A stretch of 57,190 bases of DNA from Leucoraja ocellata. Lineage: Eukaryota. Position numbers and translations under genes: made by a program. Location of the stretch: NCBI GenBank assembly GCA_036785375.1, contig JAWMAR010000404.1:1742811-1800000 (forward strand), in the 5' to 3' direction. The notes beneath the pieces are model-generated. The model was not told the origin of the DNA. It saw nothing but the letters and a program-made list of their open reading frames with translations, and did no database searches. This document shows, in pieces, positions 26,347 to 39,547 of the stretch (position 1 is the stretch's first letter; each line of letters starts with the position of its first letter).

Positions 26347-26391
26347 TCTAATCTAATCTAATCTAATCTAATCTAATCTAATCTAATCTAA
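26347..26391 (+). repeat. (AATCT)n retroposon tail microsatellite
   Basis: Follows AATAAAG. Confidence 0.85.
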
Positions 26392-26516
26392 AGTGATTGG
26401 GTCCAGAGTACATTGAATAGAGATTGGGCCTACTTTCTGTGGCATCATGCAACACCAACACTGAATGGGACTTGTGTTTTCGGACCTTACGTTGTTTGAA
26501 TACTGAGTGGGCCTGT

Positions 26517-28140
26517 CATAGAAACATAGAAACATAGAAATGAGGTGCAGGAGTAGGCCATTCGGCCCTTCGAGCCTGCACCGCCATTCAATATGATCAT
26601 GGCTGATCATCCAACTCAGTATCCTGTACTGGGGATCAGGGGGTATGGAGAGAAGGCAGGTACGGGATACTGAGTTGGATGATCAGCCATGATCATATTG
26701 AATGGCGGTGCAGGCTCGAAGGGCCGAATGGCCTACTCCTGCACCTAATTTCTATGTTTCTATGTTTCTATGTACCTGACTTCTCTCCATACCCTCTGAT
26801 CCCCTTAGCTACAAGGGCCACATCTAACTCCCTCTTAAATATAGCCAATGAACTGGCCTCGACTACCCTCCGCGGCAGAGAGTTCCAGAGACTCACCACT
26901 CTCTGTGTGAAAAAAGTTCTTCTCATCTCGGTTTTAAAGGATTTCCCCCTTATCCTTAAGCTGTGGCCCCTTGTCCTGGATTTCCCCAACATCGGGAGCA
27001 ATCTTCCTGCATCTAGCCTGTCCAACCCCTTAAGAATTTTGTAAGTTTCCATAAGATCCCCTCTCAATCTCCTAAATTCTAGAGAGTATAAACCAAGTCT
27101 ATCCAGTCTTTCTTCATAAGACAGTCCTGACATCCCAGGAATCAGTCTGGTGAACCGTCTCTGCACTCCATCTTTGGCAATAATGTCCTTCCTCAGATTT
27201 GGAGACCAAAACTGTACGCAATACTCCAGGTGTGGTCTCACCAAGATCCTGTACAACCGCAGTAGAACCTCCCTGCTCCTATACTCAAATCCTTTTGCTA
27301 TGAAAGCTTACATACCATTCGCTTTCTTCACTGCCTGCTGCACCTGCATGCCTACTTTCAATGACTGGTGTACCATGACACCCAGGTCTCGCTGCATCTC
27401 CCCTTTTCCTAGTCGGCCACCATTTAGATAATAGTCTGCTTTCCTGTTTTTGCCACCAAAATGGATAACCTCACATTTATCCACATTATACTGCATCTGC
27501 CAAACATTTGCCCACTCACCCAGCCTATCCAAGTCACCTTGCAGTCTCCTAGCATCCTCCTCACAGCTAACACTGCCCCCCAGCTTAGTGTCATCCGCAA
27601 ACTTGGAGATATTGCCTTCAATTCTCTCATCCAGATCATTAATATATATTGTAAATAGCTGGGGTCCCAGCACTGAGCCTTGCGGTACCCCACTAGTCAC
27701 TGCCTGCTATTGTGAAAAGGGCCCGTTTACTCCTACTCTTTGCTTCCTGTTTGCCAGCCAGTTCTCTATCCACATCAATACTGAACCCCCAATGCCGTGT
27801 ACTTTAAGTTTGTATACTAATCTCTTATGTGGGACCTTGTCGAAAGCGTTCTGAAAGTCCAGATACACCACATCCACTGGTTCTCCCCTATCCACACTAC
27901 TAGTTACATCCTCAAAAAATTCTATAAGATTCGTCAGACATGATTTACCTTTCGTAAATCCATGCTGACTTTGTCCAATGATTTCACCACTTTCCAAATG
28001 TGCTGCTATCCCATCTGTAATAACTGACTCTAGCAGTTTCCCCACTACCGATGTTAGACTAACTGGTCTATAATTCCCCGTTTTCTCTCTCCCTCCCTTC
28101 TTAAAAAGTGGGGTTATGTTTGCTACCCATCAATCCTCAG
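26517..28140 (-). mobile_element. CR1 3' fragment with an inverted same-family insert at 26630-26770
   Basis: ORFs 26768-27256, 27308-27700 and 27707-28045 are RT pieces. TSD TGTAC flanks the insert. Confidence 0.9.
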
Positions 28141-28231
28141 TCGTCATGGGCCCCAGTATCAGGCCCATGTCTCCCTCCAGAGTTACCACCTTAGGAGACA
28201 GATGTTGGAGTTAGATGTTTTGCCACAAAAG

Positions 28232-28600
28232 TGGAAGGAAGTGGAAGCAGTAATATGGCGTGGAAAGGCTTCTTCTGCACCGGGACCAAATGGAGTCCCT
28301 TACCGGGTACATAAAAGTGCACCTGATGTGCTTAGATTCTCGCAGAGGCTCTGTCCAATAGTTTGGTAGAAGCAGGTCATACCAAGGGTTTGGCATAGAG
28401 CAGTGGGGAATGTTCATTCCCTAGAAGAAAGAGTCTCCAGAGTTAAATCAGTTTAGGCTGTTTGTCTCCTAAATGTAGATGGCAAGATTTTCTTTAGCAT
28501 AGTGGCACAGAGGCTAGCAAGTTATATAGAAAGGAACATGTTAATTGATCCCACAGTGCAGAAAGCAGGTATACCAGGGTTCGCAGGTTACTTTGAACAC
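28232..28600 (+). mobile_element. Decayed Hero/R2-group non-LTR RT fragment
   Basis: Manual translation: WKEVEAVI...SAPGPNGVPYRV...QFR..LLNVDGKIFFS...QKAGIPGF, with stops and frameshifts. Confidence 0.75.
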
Positions 28601-28617
28601 ATTAGTTAAATATAAAA

Positions 28618-29915
28618 ACATAGAAAATAGGTGCAGGAGGAGGTCGTTTGGCCTATCGAGCACAAACCGTCATTCAATGTGATCGTCCAAAATCATTACC
28701 CGTTCTTGCTTTCTCCCCATATCCCTTGATTCCACTAGCCCCAAGCACTATATCTAGCTCTCTCTTGAAAACATCCAGTGAATTGGCCTCCACTGCCTTC
28801 TGAGGCAGAGAATTCCCCAAATTCACAACTCTCTTGCTAAAAAAAAGGTTTTCCTCATCTCAGTACTAAATGGCCTAATCCTTATTCTTAAACCGTGACC
28901 CATAGGTCTGAACCCCCAATATCAGGAACATTTTTCCTGCATCCAGCCTGTCCAAACCCTTAAGAATTATATATCTTTCTATAAGATCTCCTCTCATCCA
29001 TCTTAATCCCTTCATTTAAGCCCAGTCGATCCATTCTTTCATCATATGTCTGTCCAGACATCCCGGGAATTAACCCTGTGAACCTGTGCTGTGCTCATGC
29101 ATTGACACGAATGTCCTTCCGCAAATTAGGAGACCAAAATTGCACCAGATGCTCAGGTGTGTTCTCACCAGAGCCCTGTACAACCCACTACCAATGTCAG
29201 GCTAACTGGTCTATAATTCCCTGTTTTCTCTTTCCCCTCTTTCTTAAAAGGTGGGGTTACATTAGGTACCCTCCAGTTCACTGGAACTAACCAAATGTCT
29301 ATAGAACATTGGAAAATGATTACCAATACATGCGCGATTTCGAGGGCCACCTCCTTGTGTTGTTTCGGATGCAGACCATCAGGCCCTGGGGATTTACATG
29401 TCTTCTGTCCCAACAGTTTACCTAACAACATTTCCTGAATCATGTGGATTCCCTTCACTTCCTCCCTCCCACTAGATCCTCGGTCCCCTTGTATTTCTGG
29501 AAGATTGTTTGTGTCTTCCTTAGTGAAGACAGAACCAAAGTATTTGTGTAACTGGTCTGCCAATTTCTTGTTTCCCAGTATAAATTAACCTGTTTCTGAC
29601 TGTAAGGGGCCTATATTTGTCTTCACTAATATTTCCCCCGCAAGTTTCCTTTCATGCTCTATTTACCCCCACTTAATTCATCCATTTGTCCTCCTCTGTT
29701 AAATATTAAATTTAAATTTCTCCCAGTTTGTTGCTTTATCTGGCCAATTTATATGCCTGGATTTAATATTCCCTAATTTCCATTATTTGCCATGGTTGAG
29801 CCACCTTCCCTGTTTTATTTTTACACCTGACGGGTGAACAATTGGTGCAATTCATCCATAGGATCTTTAAATGTTTGCCATTGCATATCTATCGTCAAGC
29901 CTTTAAGTATCATTT
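28618..29915 (-). mobile_element. Older, internally deleted CR1 fragment
   Basis: ORF 29165-29563 (KSPGPDGLHP, NYRPVSL) plus 3' UTR. Confidence 0.82.
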
Positions 29916-30625
29916 CAATTCAATTCAATTCAATTCAACTTTAATGTCATTGCACAAATACGAGTATGGGTACAACGAAATGCAGTTTAGCGTCAGTCCA
30001 TAGTATAGTGCAATATAGAAATAAAAATAAAAATATAGAATAATCAAAAAATAATCGAAATCGAACGGTGTGGACAGAGAGACTGGAGAAATCTATCGGC
30101 GGGACTCCGAGTTCAGCAATGTGATGGTATTATTGTAGAAGTTGTTCCTCATCCTACTGGTACGAGACCTGAGGCTCCTGTACCGCCTCCCTGATGGGAG
30201 GAGGGCAAACAGTCCATGGTTGGGGTGTGAGGGGTCTTTGATGATCTTCCCAGCCCGTCTCAGACACCGTTTTCGGTGGAGGGCATCCATGGCAGGGAGC
30301 GGGGCACCAATGATGTACTGCGCGGTTTTCACCACCCGTTGTAGTGCCTTCCTGTCCGCTACGGTGCAACTGCTGTACCATACCGTGAAGCAGGTGGTCA
30401 GGATGCTTTTGATGGTACAGCGGTAAAAGTTGGTCAGGATCTGGGGGGACAGGTGAGCTTTCTTGAGCCTCCTCAGGAAGTAAAGGCGCTGCTGTGCCTT
30501 TTTGATCAGCTTGGAGGTGTTGAGGGACCAGGACAGATCCTCCGAGATGTGTACCCCGAGGAATTTGTAGTTGGAGACGCGCTCCACCTCAGTCCCATTT
30601 ATATGGATGGGGGTATGTCTGCCCC
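29915..30625 (-). mobile_element. Rex1/Babar-type LINE 3' fragment
   Basis: ORF 30093-30587; (TTCAA)n tail. Confidence 0.85.
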
Positions 30626-30794
30626 CTCTGACCTTCCTGAATTCAGTTTATCCTAGCAAATTCCAGTATCATACCATCAAAAGCCAATACGCGTCTCACA
30701 CCGTCAAAATCTGATTCAGTATGAACACAGTTATGCATAGTTATGGCACTAGATTCAGACTGCCAAGCTCAAGAGAAGAGGTTTGCATGGCCTT

Positions 30795-33775
30795 TCTACC
30801 AAGAAGATTTGAGTATAGGAACAAAGAGGTCCTTCTGCAGTTGTACAGGCCCTAGTCAGACCACACCTGGAGTATTGTGTACAGTTTTGGTCCCCTAATT
30901 TGAGGAAGGACATTCTTGCTATCGTAAGGAGCGCGAGAGAGGAAACGGGGAATTACAGGCCAGTTAGCCTGACTTCGATGATGGGAAAGATGCTGGAGTC
31001 AATTATTAAAGAGGTGATAATGGGGCATTTGGATAGCAGTAAAAGGATTAGTCCAAGTCAACATGGTTTTATGAAAGGGAAATCATGCTTGACTAATCTT
31101 CTGGAATTTTTTGAGGATGTGACAAGTAAAATGGATGAAGGGGTGCCAGTGGATGTAGTGTATCTAGACTTTCAGAAAGCCTTTGATAAGGTCCCACACG
31201 GGAGACTGGTGACCAAAATTAGAACACATGGTATTGGGGGTAGGGTGTTGACATGGATAGAAAATTGGTTGGCAGACCAGAAGCAAATAGTAGAAGTGAA
31301 CGGGTCCTTTTCAGAATGGCAGGCAGTGGTGAGTGGAGTGCCGCAAGGCTCGGTGTTGGGGCCGCAACTGTTTACCATATATATATTCATGATTTGGAAG
31401 AGGGAATTAGGAGCAACACTAGCAAGTTTGCGGATGACACAAAGCTGTGTGGCAGTGTGAACTGTGAAGTGGATGTTAGGAGGTTGCAGGGTGACCTGGA
31501 CAGGTTGAGTAAGTGGGCAGATGCGTGGCAGATGCAGTATAATATAGATAAATGTGAGGTTATCCACTTTGGCGGCAAAAACAAGGGGGCAGATTATTAT
31601 CTCAATGGGGTTAGGTTAGATAAGGGGGAGGTACAGCGAGACCTGGGTGTCCTTGTACACCGGTCACTGAAAGTTGGCTTACAGGTACAGCAGGCAGTGA
31701 AGAAAGCTAATGGAATGTTGCCCTTCATAACAAGAGGATTTCAGTATAGTAGTAAAGAGGTTCTTCTGCAGTTGTATAGGGCTCTGGTGAGACCACATCT
31801 GGAGTATTGTGTACAGTTTTGGTCTCCTAATTTGAGGAAGGACATTCTTGTGATTGAGGCAGTGCAGCGTAGGTTCACGAGATTGATCCCTGGGATGGTG
31901 GGACTGTCATATGAGGAAAGATTGAAAAGACTAGGCTTGTATTCACTGGAGTTTAGAAGGACGAGGGGGATTCTTATAGAAACATATAAAATTATAAAAG
32001 GAATGGACAAGCTAGATGCAGGAAAAATGTTCCCAATGTTGGGCGAGTCCAGAACCAGGGGCCACAGTCTTAGAACAAAGGGGAGGCCATTTAAGACTGA
32101 GGTGAGAAAAAACGTTTTCACCCAGAGAGTTGTGAATTTGTGGAATTCCCTGCCACAGAGGGCAGTGGAGGCCAAGTCACTGGATGTATTTAAGAGAGAG
32201 TTAGATAGAGCTCTGGGGTAGTGGAGTCAAGGGATATGGGGAAAAGGCAGGCACGGGTTATTGATTGGGGACGATCAGCCATGATCACAATGAATGGCGG
32301 TGCTGGCTCGAAGGGCCGAATGGCCTCCTCCTGCACCTATTTTCTATGTCTCTATGTGTCTATGTGTCTATGTGTCTATGTGTGGACAGGCTAGATGCAG
32401 GAAGATTGTTCCCGATGTTAGGGAAGTCCAGGACAAGGGGTTACAGCTTAAGGATAAGGGGGAAATCCTTTAAAACCGAGATGAGAAGAACTTTTTTCAC
32501 ACAGAGAGTGGTGAATCTCTGGAACTCTCTGCCACAGAGGGTAGTTGAGGCCAGTTAATTGGCTATATTTAAGAGGGAGTTAGATGTAGCCCTTGTGGCT
32601 AAGGGGATCAGGGGGTATGGAGAGAAGGCAGGTACGGGATACTGAGTTGGATGATCAGCCATGATCATATTGAATGGCGGTGCAGGCTCGAAGGGCCGAA
32701 TGGCCTACTCCTGCACCTAATTTCTATGTTTCTATGTTTGTATTTCTCTATGTGTCTATGTGTCTATGTCTCTATGTGTCTCTATGTCTCTATGTGTCTC
32801 TATGTCACTATGTGAGACCAAATCTGGAGTATGGTGTACAATTTTGGTCGCCAAATTATAGGAAGGATGTCAACAAAATAGAGAGAGTACAGAGGAGATT
32901 TACTAGAATGTTGCCTGGGTTTCAACAACTAAGTTACAGAGATAGGTTGAATAAGTTAGGTCTTTATTCTCTGGAGCGCAGAAGGTTAAGGGGGGACTTG
33001 ATAGAGGTCTTTAATTGTATTGTATTGTATTGTATTCAAATTTATTGTCATTGTCTCAATTTGAGACAACGAAATGAATTTCCCTTACAGGCAGTATCGT
33101 TAAAAACAAATCACAAGAAAAATAATAAAAATAAATAATAAATAAATAATAAAACATATTAAAAATAAAATTGAAATTGAATTAAAAATTTAAAAAAAGC
33201 ACAAACACATAAAGTCCACAACACAACATAACATAAATGGCACCCAGGTGAGGAAGGCACCATAGTCCAGCCAGCCTCCCCTCCGTGTTCATCCGTGGTC
33301 GGGGCCTTCCGAGCACCCGCAGTCGCCGCCCCGGGTGGCCCGATGTTCAGGCCCTCACGCCGGGCTGGTGGAACGCCGACGCCGAACCCCGACGGTGAGC
33401 ATCCTCAAAATGATGAGAGGGATAGACAGAGTTGATGTGGACAAGCTTTTCCCTTTGAGAATAGGGAAGATTCAAACAAGAGGACATGACTTCAGAATTA
33501 AGGGACAGAAGTTTAGGGGTAATATGAGGGGGAACTTCTTTACGCAGAGAGTGGTGGTGGTGTGGAATGAGCTCCCAGTGGAAGTGGTGGAGGCAGGTTC
33601 ATTGGTATCATTTAAAAATAAATTGGATAGGCATATGGATGAGAAGGGAATGGAGGGTTATGGTACGAGTGCAGGCAGGTGGGACTAAGGGGAAAAAAAA
33701 TTTGTTCGGCATGGACTTGTAGGGCCGAGATGGCCTGTTTCCGTGCTGTAATTGTTATATGGTTATATGGTTACT
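30795..33775 (+). mobile_element. Nested stack of CR1 3' fragments with a non-autonomous insert at ~33014-33405
   Basis: RT ORFs 30900-31460 and 31253-32221. Further CR1 ends at ~32383-32735 and ~32812-33775. Confidence 0.88.
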
Positions 33776-34652
33776 ATGTGTCCATGTGTCTATGTCTCTA
33801 TGTGTCTCTATGTCACTATGTGTCTATGTCTCTATGTGTCTATGTGTCTATGTCTCTATGTGTCTATGTGTCTATGTGTCTATGTGTCTATGTCTCTATG
33901 TCTCTATGTGTCTATGTGTCTATGTGTCTATGTGTCTCTATGTGTCTATGTGTCTATGTGTCTATGTCTCTATGTGTCTATGTCTCTATGTGTCTATGTG
34001 TCTATGTGTCTATGTCTCTATGTCTCTATGTCTCTATGTGTCTATGTGTCTATGTGTCTATGTCTCTATGTCTCTATGTCTCTATGTGTCTATGTGTCTA
34101 TGTGTCTCTATGTGTCTATGTGTCTATGTGTCTATGTCTCTATGTGTCTATGTATCTATGTGTCTATGTCTCTATGTCTCTATGTGTCTCTATGTGTCTA
34201 TGTGTCTATGTGTCTATGTGTCTATGTGTCTATGTGTCTCTATGTGTCTATGTGTCTATGTGTCTATGTGTCTCTATGTCTCTATGTGTTTATGTGTCTA
34301 TGTGTCTATGTGTCTCTATGTCTCTATGTGTTTATGTGTCTATGTGTCTATGTGTCTATGTGTCTATGTGTCTATGTCGCTATGTGTCTATGTCTCTATG
34401 TCTCTATGTGTCTATGTGTCTATGTGTCTCTATGTGTCTATGTGTCTATGTGTCTATGTGTCTATGTGTCTCTATGTGTCTATGTGTCTATGTGTCTATG
34501 TGTCTATGTCTCTATGTCTCTATGTGTCTATGTGTCTATGTGTCTATATGTCTATGTCTCTATGTCTCTATGTGTCTATGTCTCTATGTCTCTATGTGTC
34601 TATATGTCTATGTCTCTATGTCTCTATGTCTCTATGTCTCTATGTTTCTATG
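33775..34652. repeat. Expanded 8-bp microsatellite (TCTATGTG/TCTATGTC)n
   Basis: Directly visible, ~880 bp, ending in the canonical CR1 tail unit TTCTATG. Confidence 0.97.
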
Positions 34653-34659
34653 CTTCTAT

Positions 34660-36930
34660 AGCCACCTGGTCGCAGGGGGGGGGGGGGTTGTGATCTTCCT
34701 CGCCACCACGTCGTTCTGTGCATGAAACCGGGTGTAGAACATGTTCAGCGCATCAGGCAGAGAGGCATCGCTGTCACAGGCTGGTGTTGATGTCCTGAAA
34801 TTGGTGATGGCTTGGATGCCTTGCCACGGCTTCAGTGTGTCCCTGCCGTCACTGAAGTGGCCGTGGATTTTCCTTGCATGCGCTCGCTTTGCTTCCCTGA
34901 TGGCCCGGGACAGTTTGGCCCTCGCTGTTCTCAGGGACTCCTTATCGCCTGCTCTGAAGGCCGTGTCTCGGGCTCTCACCAGCGCACGTACCTCTGCAGT
35001 CATCCATGGTTTACTGTTGGGGACGTGTGGTGATGAGCTCAGTGACAGTAATGTCATCAATGTACTTACTGATGTAACCAGTCACTGATGCCGTGTACTC
35101 CTCCAAGCCAGTGGTGCCGCCAGTGGTTGCTGCCTCCCTAAACATGTGCCAGTCAATGCAGTCCTGGAGAGCAGAGATGGCTCCTGCTGGCCAGGTCTTC
35201 ACCTGTTTCTTAGCTGTTCTGGAGCATCTGACAAGCAGTCTGTATGCTGGGATCAGCATGACAGAGATGTGGTCTGAGTATCCGAGATGGGTGCGTGACT
35301 CCACCCTGTACGTGCTGGGCAAATTGGTGTAAACAAGATCTAGCACCTTCTCCACTCTCGTTGCAAAGTCCACATGTTGGTAACATTTAGGAAGCACAGT
35401 TTTGAGATTTACACGGTTGAAATCTCCTGCGGCAATAAACAGTCCTTCTGGGTGTGTGTTTTGTAGATTGCATAAAGCTCCATACAGTACAGTACAGCTA
35501 GTGTTTCCTTAGCATTAGCACTGGGGGGGATGTGAACAGCAACAATGAGCACTGTGGTAAACTCCCGTGGCAAATAAAAAGGTCTACATCTCACAATCGC
35601 ATTCTCCACCAGCAATGAACAGAACTTGGAGACTAAGACAGAGTTGTTGCACCAGTCAGTGTTGATGTAAACACACAGGCCACCACCTCGAGTCTTACCG
35701 CGCAACTCCCTTGTCAATTCTTCCCTTCCCTCCCGCACCACCCCCTCCCCGGGCACTTTCCGTTGCAACCGCAAGAAATGCAACACCTGTCCCTTCACCT
35801 CCCCCCTCGACTCCATTCAAGGACCCAAGCAGTCGTTCCAGGTGCGACAAAGGTTCACCTGTATCTCCTCCAACCTCATCTACTGCATCCTCTGCTCTAG
35901 GTGTCAGCTGATTTACATCGGGGAGACTAAGCGGAGGTTGGGCGATCGTTTCGCCGAACAACTCCGCTCAGTCCGCAATAACCGACCTGAACTCCCGGTG
36001 GCTCAGCACTTCAACTCCCCCTCCCATTCCCAATCCGACCTCTCTGTCCTGGGTCTCCTCCATTGCCAGAGTGAGCAACACCGGAAATTGGAGGAACAGC
36101 ACCTCATATTCCGCCTGGGTTGCTTGCAGCCAGATGGCATGAACGTTGAATTCTCCCAGTTTCGCTAGCCCTTGCTGTCTCCTCCCCTTCAGATTCAGAT
36201 TCAGATTCAGATTCAATTTTAATTGTCATTGTCAGTGTACAGTACAGAGACAACGAAATGCATTTAGCATCTCCCTTGAAGAGCGACATAGCAAACGATT
36301 CGAATAAAAAAAAAAAAAGAATAATAAGTGTCCGGGGGGGGGGGGGGGGGGTGGTGATTGGCAGTCACCGAGGTACGTTGTTTAGTAGAGTGACAGCCGC
36401 CGGAAAGAAGCTGTTCCTCGACCTGCCTTAACCCTCGAGCTGTCTCCTCCCATCCCCCCGCCCTCGGGCTCCTCCTCCTCCCTTTTTCCTTCCTTCTGCC
36501 CCCCACCCCCCATCAGTCTGAAGAAGGGTTTCAGCCTGAAACTTCGCCTATTTCCTTCGCTCCATAGATGCTGCTGCACCCGCTGAGTTTCTCCAGCATT
36601 TTTGTGTACCTGTGATGGGTCTCTGTCGGCTCGGTGCGAGACTAGCCCGGCTAGCTGAATGGCCACGTCCGGGACTCGATCGTTGAGCCATGTCTCAGTA
36701 AAACACAGACACAGCAGTCCCTAGTCTCTCGCTGTGTACTCCTCTGTAGTTGGATGTTGTCCAGTTTGTTTTCCAGGAAGCTGACGTTGGAGAGTAGGAT
36801 AGATGGGAGAGCTGGCCGGCCAGCTAGCATTATCTCTCAGCCTAGCACGGACACCCTCTCTCTTGCCCCGTTTCTGCCTCCTCTTTGCCTGCCCAACCTG
36901 GCCCTGAGCTCAGGCCCTTCGAATCCTTGT
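34660..36930 (-). mobile_element. Rex1/Babar-type LINE endonuclease region, interrupted by a Penelope-like insert
   Basis: KTRGGGLCVYIN, CRPFYLPREFT, LGYSDH, KPWMT; the CFTETW region lies at ~36690. Confidence 0.8.
35701..36610 (+). mobile_element. Penelope-like element 3' end (GIY-YIG endonuclease + terminal repeat), with nested insert ~36191-36430
   Basis: ORF 35842-36168: NLIYCILCSRCQLIYIGETKRRLGDRF...RKLEEQHLIFRLG. Confidence 0.9.
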
Positions 36931-38932
36931 CGTTAAAAGTATTGCTGTGAGATTAAGGGTGGGATGAAGATGGTGGGAGATTTTGAATCATTAGTGGTGT
37001 ATTAATTTGAATTGTCTGACTTTGTCAATCTGTCAGGACCTGAACTGTATGGAGATGGGATGCAGGTAAGGACCTGTTAAGAACCACCTCTGGTTTCAGA
37101 CCAATAAATGTTTGGAGGAGAAAGTATTTTCCTGATTATTGTTGGTTTAAAATACTAGAATTCACGGTGCTGGAATCTTGAGGGAGAAAAAAGTCTGCTG
37201 GAGGTCAGGCAACATCTGGAAGGAATGGACCAATGAAGTATCAGGCCAGAAGCCTTCAGCTTGATGGAGTAAAGGGAGAAAGCTGGAAATGTGAGGTGGG
37301 GCAATAGTCTAGCAAGTGATGGCTGGATGCAGGTGGGGGGGGGGGAGAGGAAATTGCCAGATGGGTGGAACACCAAAACATCAAGTACTGCCCAGGTGAG
37401 GTCAGCCACGTGATTTTACCAGGTCGTATGGAAAACAAAGCATTTCATTGTTTCACATGGTACATGTGACAAAAAATAATTGAATCAGTAAGTGACAAAG
37501 GCTAAAGGTGTAAAAGTCAAAGTCAATTGTATTCGTTACATGCACCCAAAGGTGCAGTGAAATAAATTTGCCAGCAGCGATACACTTAAAAAGAACACAC
37601 AATACACAATAGAATTTAACACAAAACATCCAGCACAGCATTCTTCACTGTGGCGGAAGGCAACAAGGTTCAGTCAGTCCTCCTCCTTTGTTCATCCGTG
37701 GTCGGGGCCATGAACCCTCTGTCGTCGCCGCTATGATTTATGAACATCTCAGAAGGAGAAAGCAAGGTGTGAACTGTAAACCTGGTAGAAGGAATATGAG
37801 TGCAATGGGATAGGATGGGGAAAAGGGATGAATGTACTGGGGACTCTCCCTTTCCCCGCATCACCCATTCACCCTGCACCTTCCCCTCTTTCCACACTCA
37901 TCTCCCATTCCTGACCTTCATCTTTGCCTCTTTACCCTTCGACCCATATCCCGCCCTCCAGCTTCACATCTCTCTCTCCTCATCTAAACCTTTTGTCTCC
38001 TCTTCACCTCTCGCCTTTGTCATTGCTCCACCAAGTGCCAATTGCTTGTATTTGTTGTCTGAAGGACAGCCTCTACCTGAAACATCACCCATTCCTTCTC
38101 TCCCATGATGCTGCCCGTCTCACTGAATTACTCCAGCATTTCTGTCTATCCACATCACTTGCCAGCTTTTGTCCTGCTCCCACATCTTTCCAGATTTCTC
38201 CACTACTCTCTCAGTCTGAAGGATCCCAACCTGAAACATCTGTCCGGCAGATGGTGCCTGACCAACTGAGTACATCCAGCATTCTTTGTAGACTTCTTTA
38301 TATCCCCTAAAGTAATCCTAGTTGGTTCCTGTTGCAGTGAAAGTAGTTTAGTGTTCATGACACTTGTTTTAAGTGTCAATACAAATTAAGTAATCCTGCA
38401 TACCATTCACCATACTGTTTTTTTTGGAATAGGTCTAAATCTATTTGGTTTAGTATGTTTGTGTCAGTGTTGCCAGAATACATCTCCTCTCCCCTCTGCT
38501 CTTTTCTGAAGGTGTGACCAAATTGTGTTCATTTCCACGAAGGACCTCCAAAGACTGGAATCTCTGCTTTTTATTTTAATATTTATTTTATTAGAAGCAA
38601 TTGTACAAGGAGAAAGTCATCGACATAACAATTATAAAATGTTCGTAAGCTTCAATTTTAACATTTTATGAACTAAAAACTAAATCGGAAAAAAGAAAAA
38701 TGAAAAGAAAGGAAGAAGAAAAGAAAAAGAAAAGAAAGAATTTTGTAAAAGACACGAGAGATAAAAAAGAAAAACCTCTGAACCAACGAAAAAGTGAAAA
38801 AAGTGGAGATATATCCCACTACCCTTCCCTACGCCCGATCACCCGACCCTAGCGTCGGCTTTGAATGGAAGGAGGTTTTCAGGTGTAAGGGGACGGGAGG
38901 GGATAAAAGGAAATGAGATTTGGAGATGGGAA

Positions 38933-39547
38933 TATAACATATAACCATATAACAATTACAGCACGGAAACAGGCCATCTCGGCCCTACAAGTCCGTGCCG
39001 AACAACTTTTTTTCCCTTAGTCCCACCTACCTGCACTCATACCATAACCCTCCATTCCCTTCTCATCCATATGCCTATCCAATTTATTTTTAAATGATAC
39101 CAACAAACCTGCCTCCACCACTTCCACTGGAAGCTCATTCCACACCGCTACCACTCTCTGGGTAAAGAAGTTCCCCCTCATGTTACCCCTAAACTTCTGT
39201 CCCTTAATTCTGAAGTCATGTCCTCTTGTTTGAATCTTCCCTATTCTCAAAGGGAAAAGCTTGTCCACATCAACTCTGTCTATCCCTCTCATCATTTTAA
39301 AGACCTCTATCAAGTCCCCCCTTAACCTTCTGCGCTCCAGAGAATAAAGACCTAACTTATTCAACCTATCTCTGTAACTTAGTTGTTGAAACCCAGGCAA
39401 CATTCTAGTAAATCTCCTCTGTACTCTCTCTATTTTGTTGACATCCTTCCTATAATTGGGCGACCAAAATTGTACACCATACTCCAGATTTGGTCTCACC
39501 AATGCCTTGTACAATTTTAACATTACATCCCAGCTTCTATACTCAAT
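38933..39547 (-). mobile_element. CR1 3' fragment ((TTATATGG)n family)
   Basis: ORF 39017-39610 is nearly identical to the C-terminal part of 20788-21600. Confidence 0.92.

Noticed and set aside
33679-34725. 300-348 aa Cys/Val/Tyr-rich ORFs
   Set aside because: Stop-free translation of an 8-bp microsatellite in all three frames.
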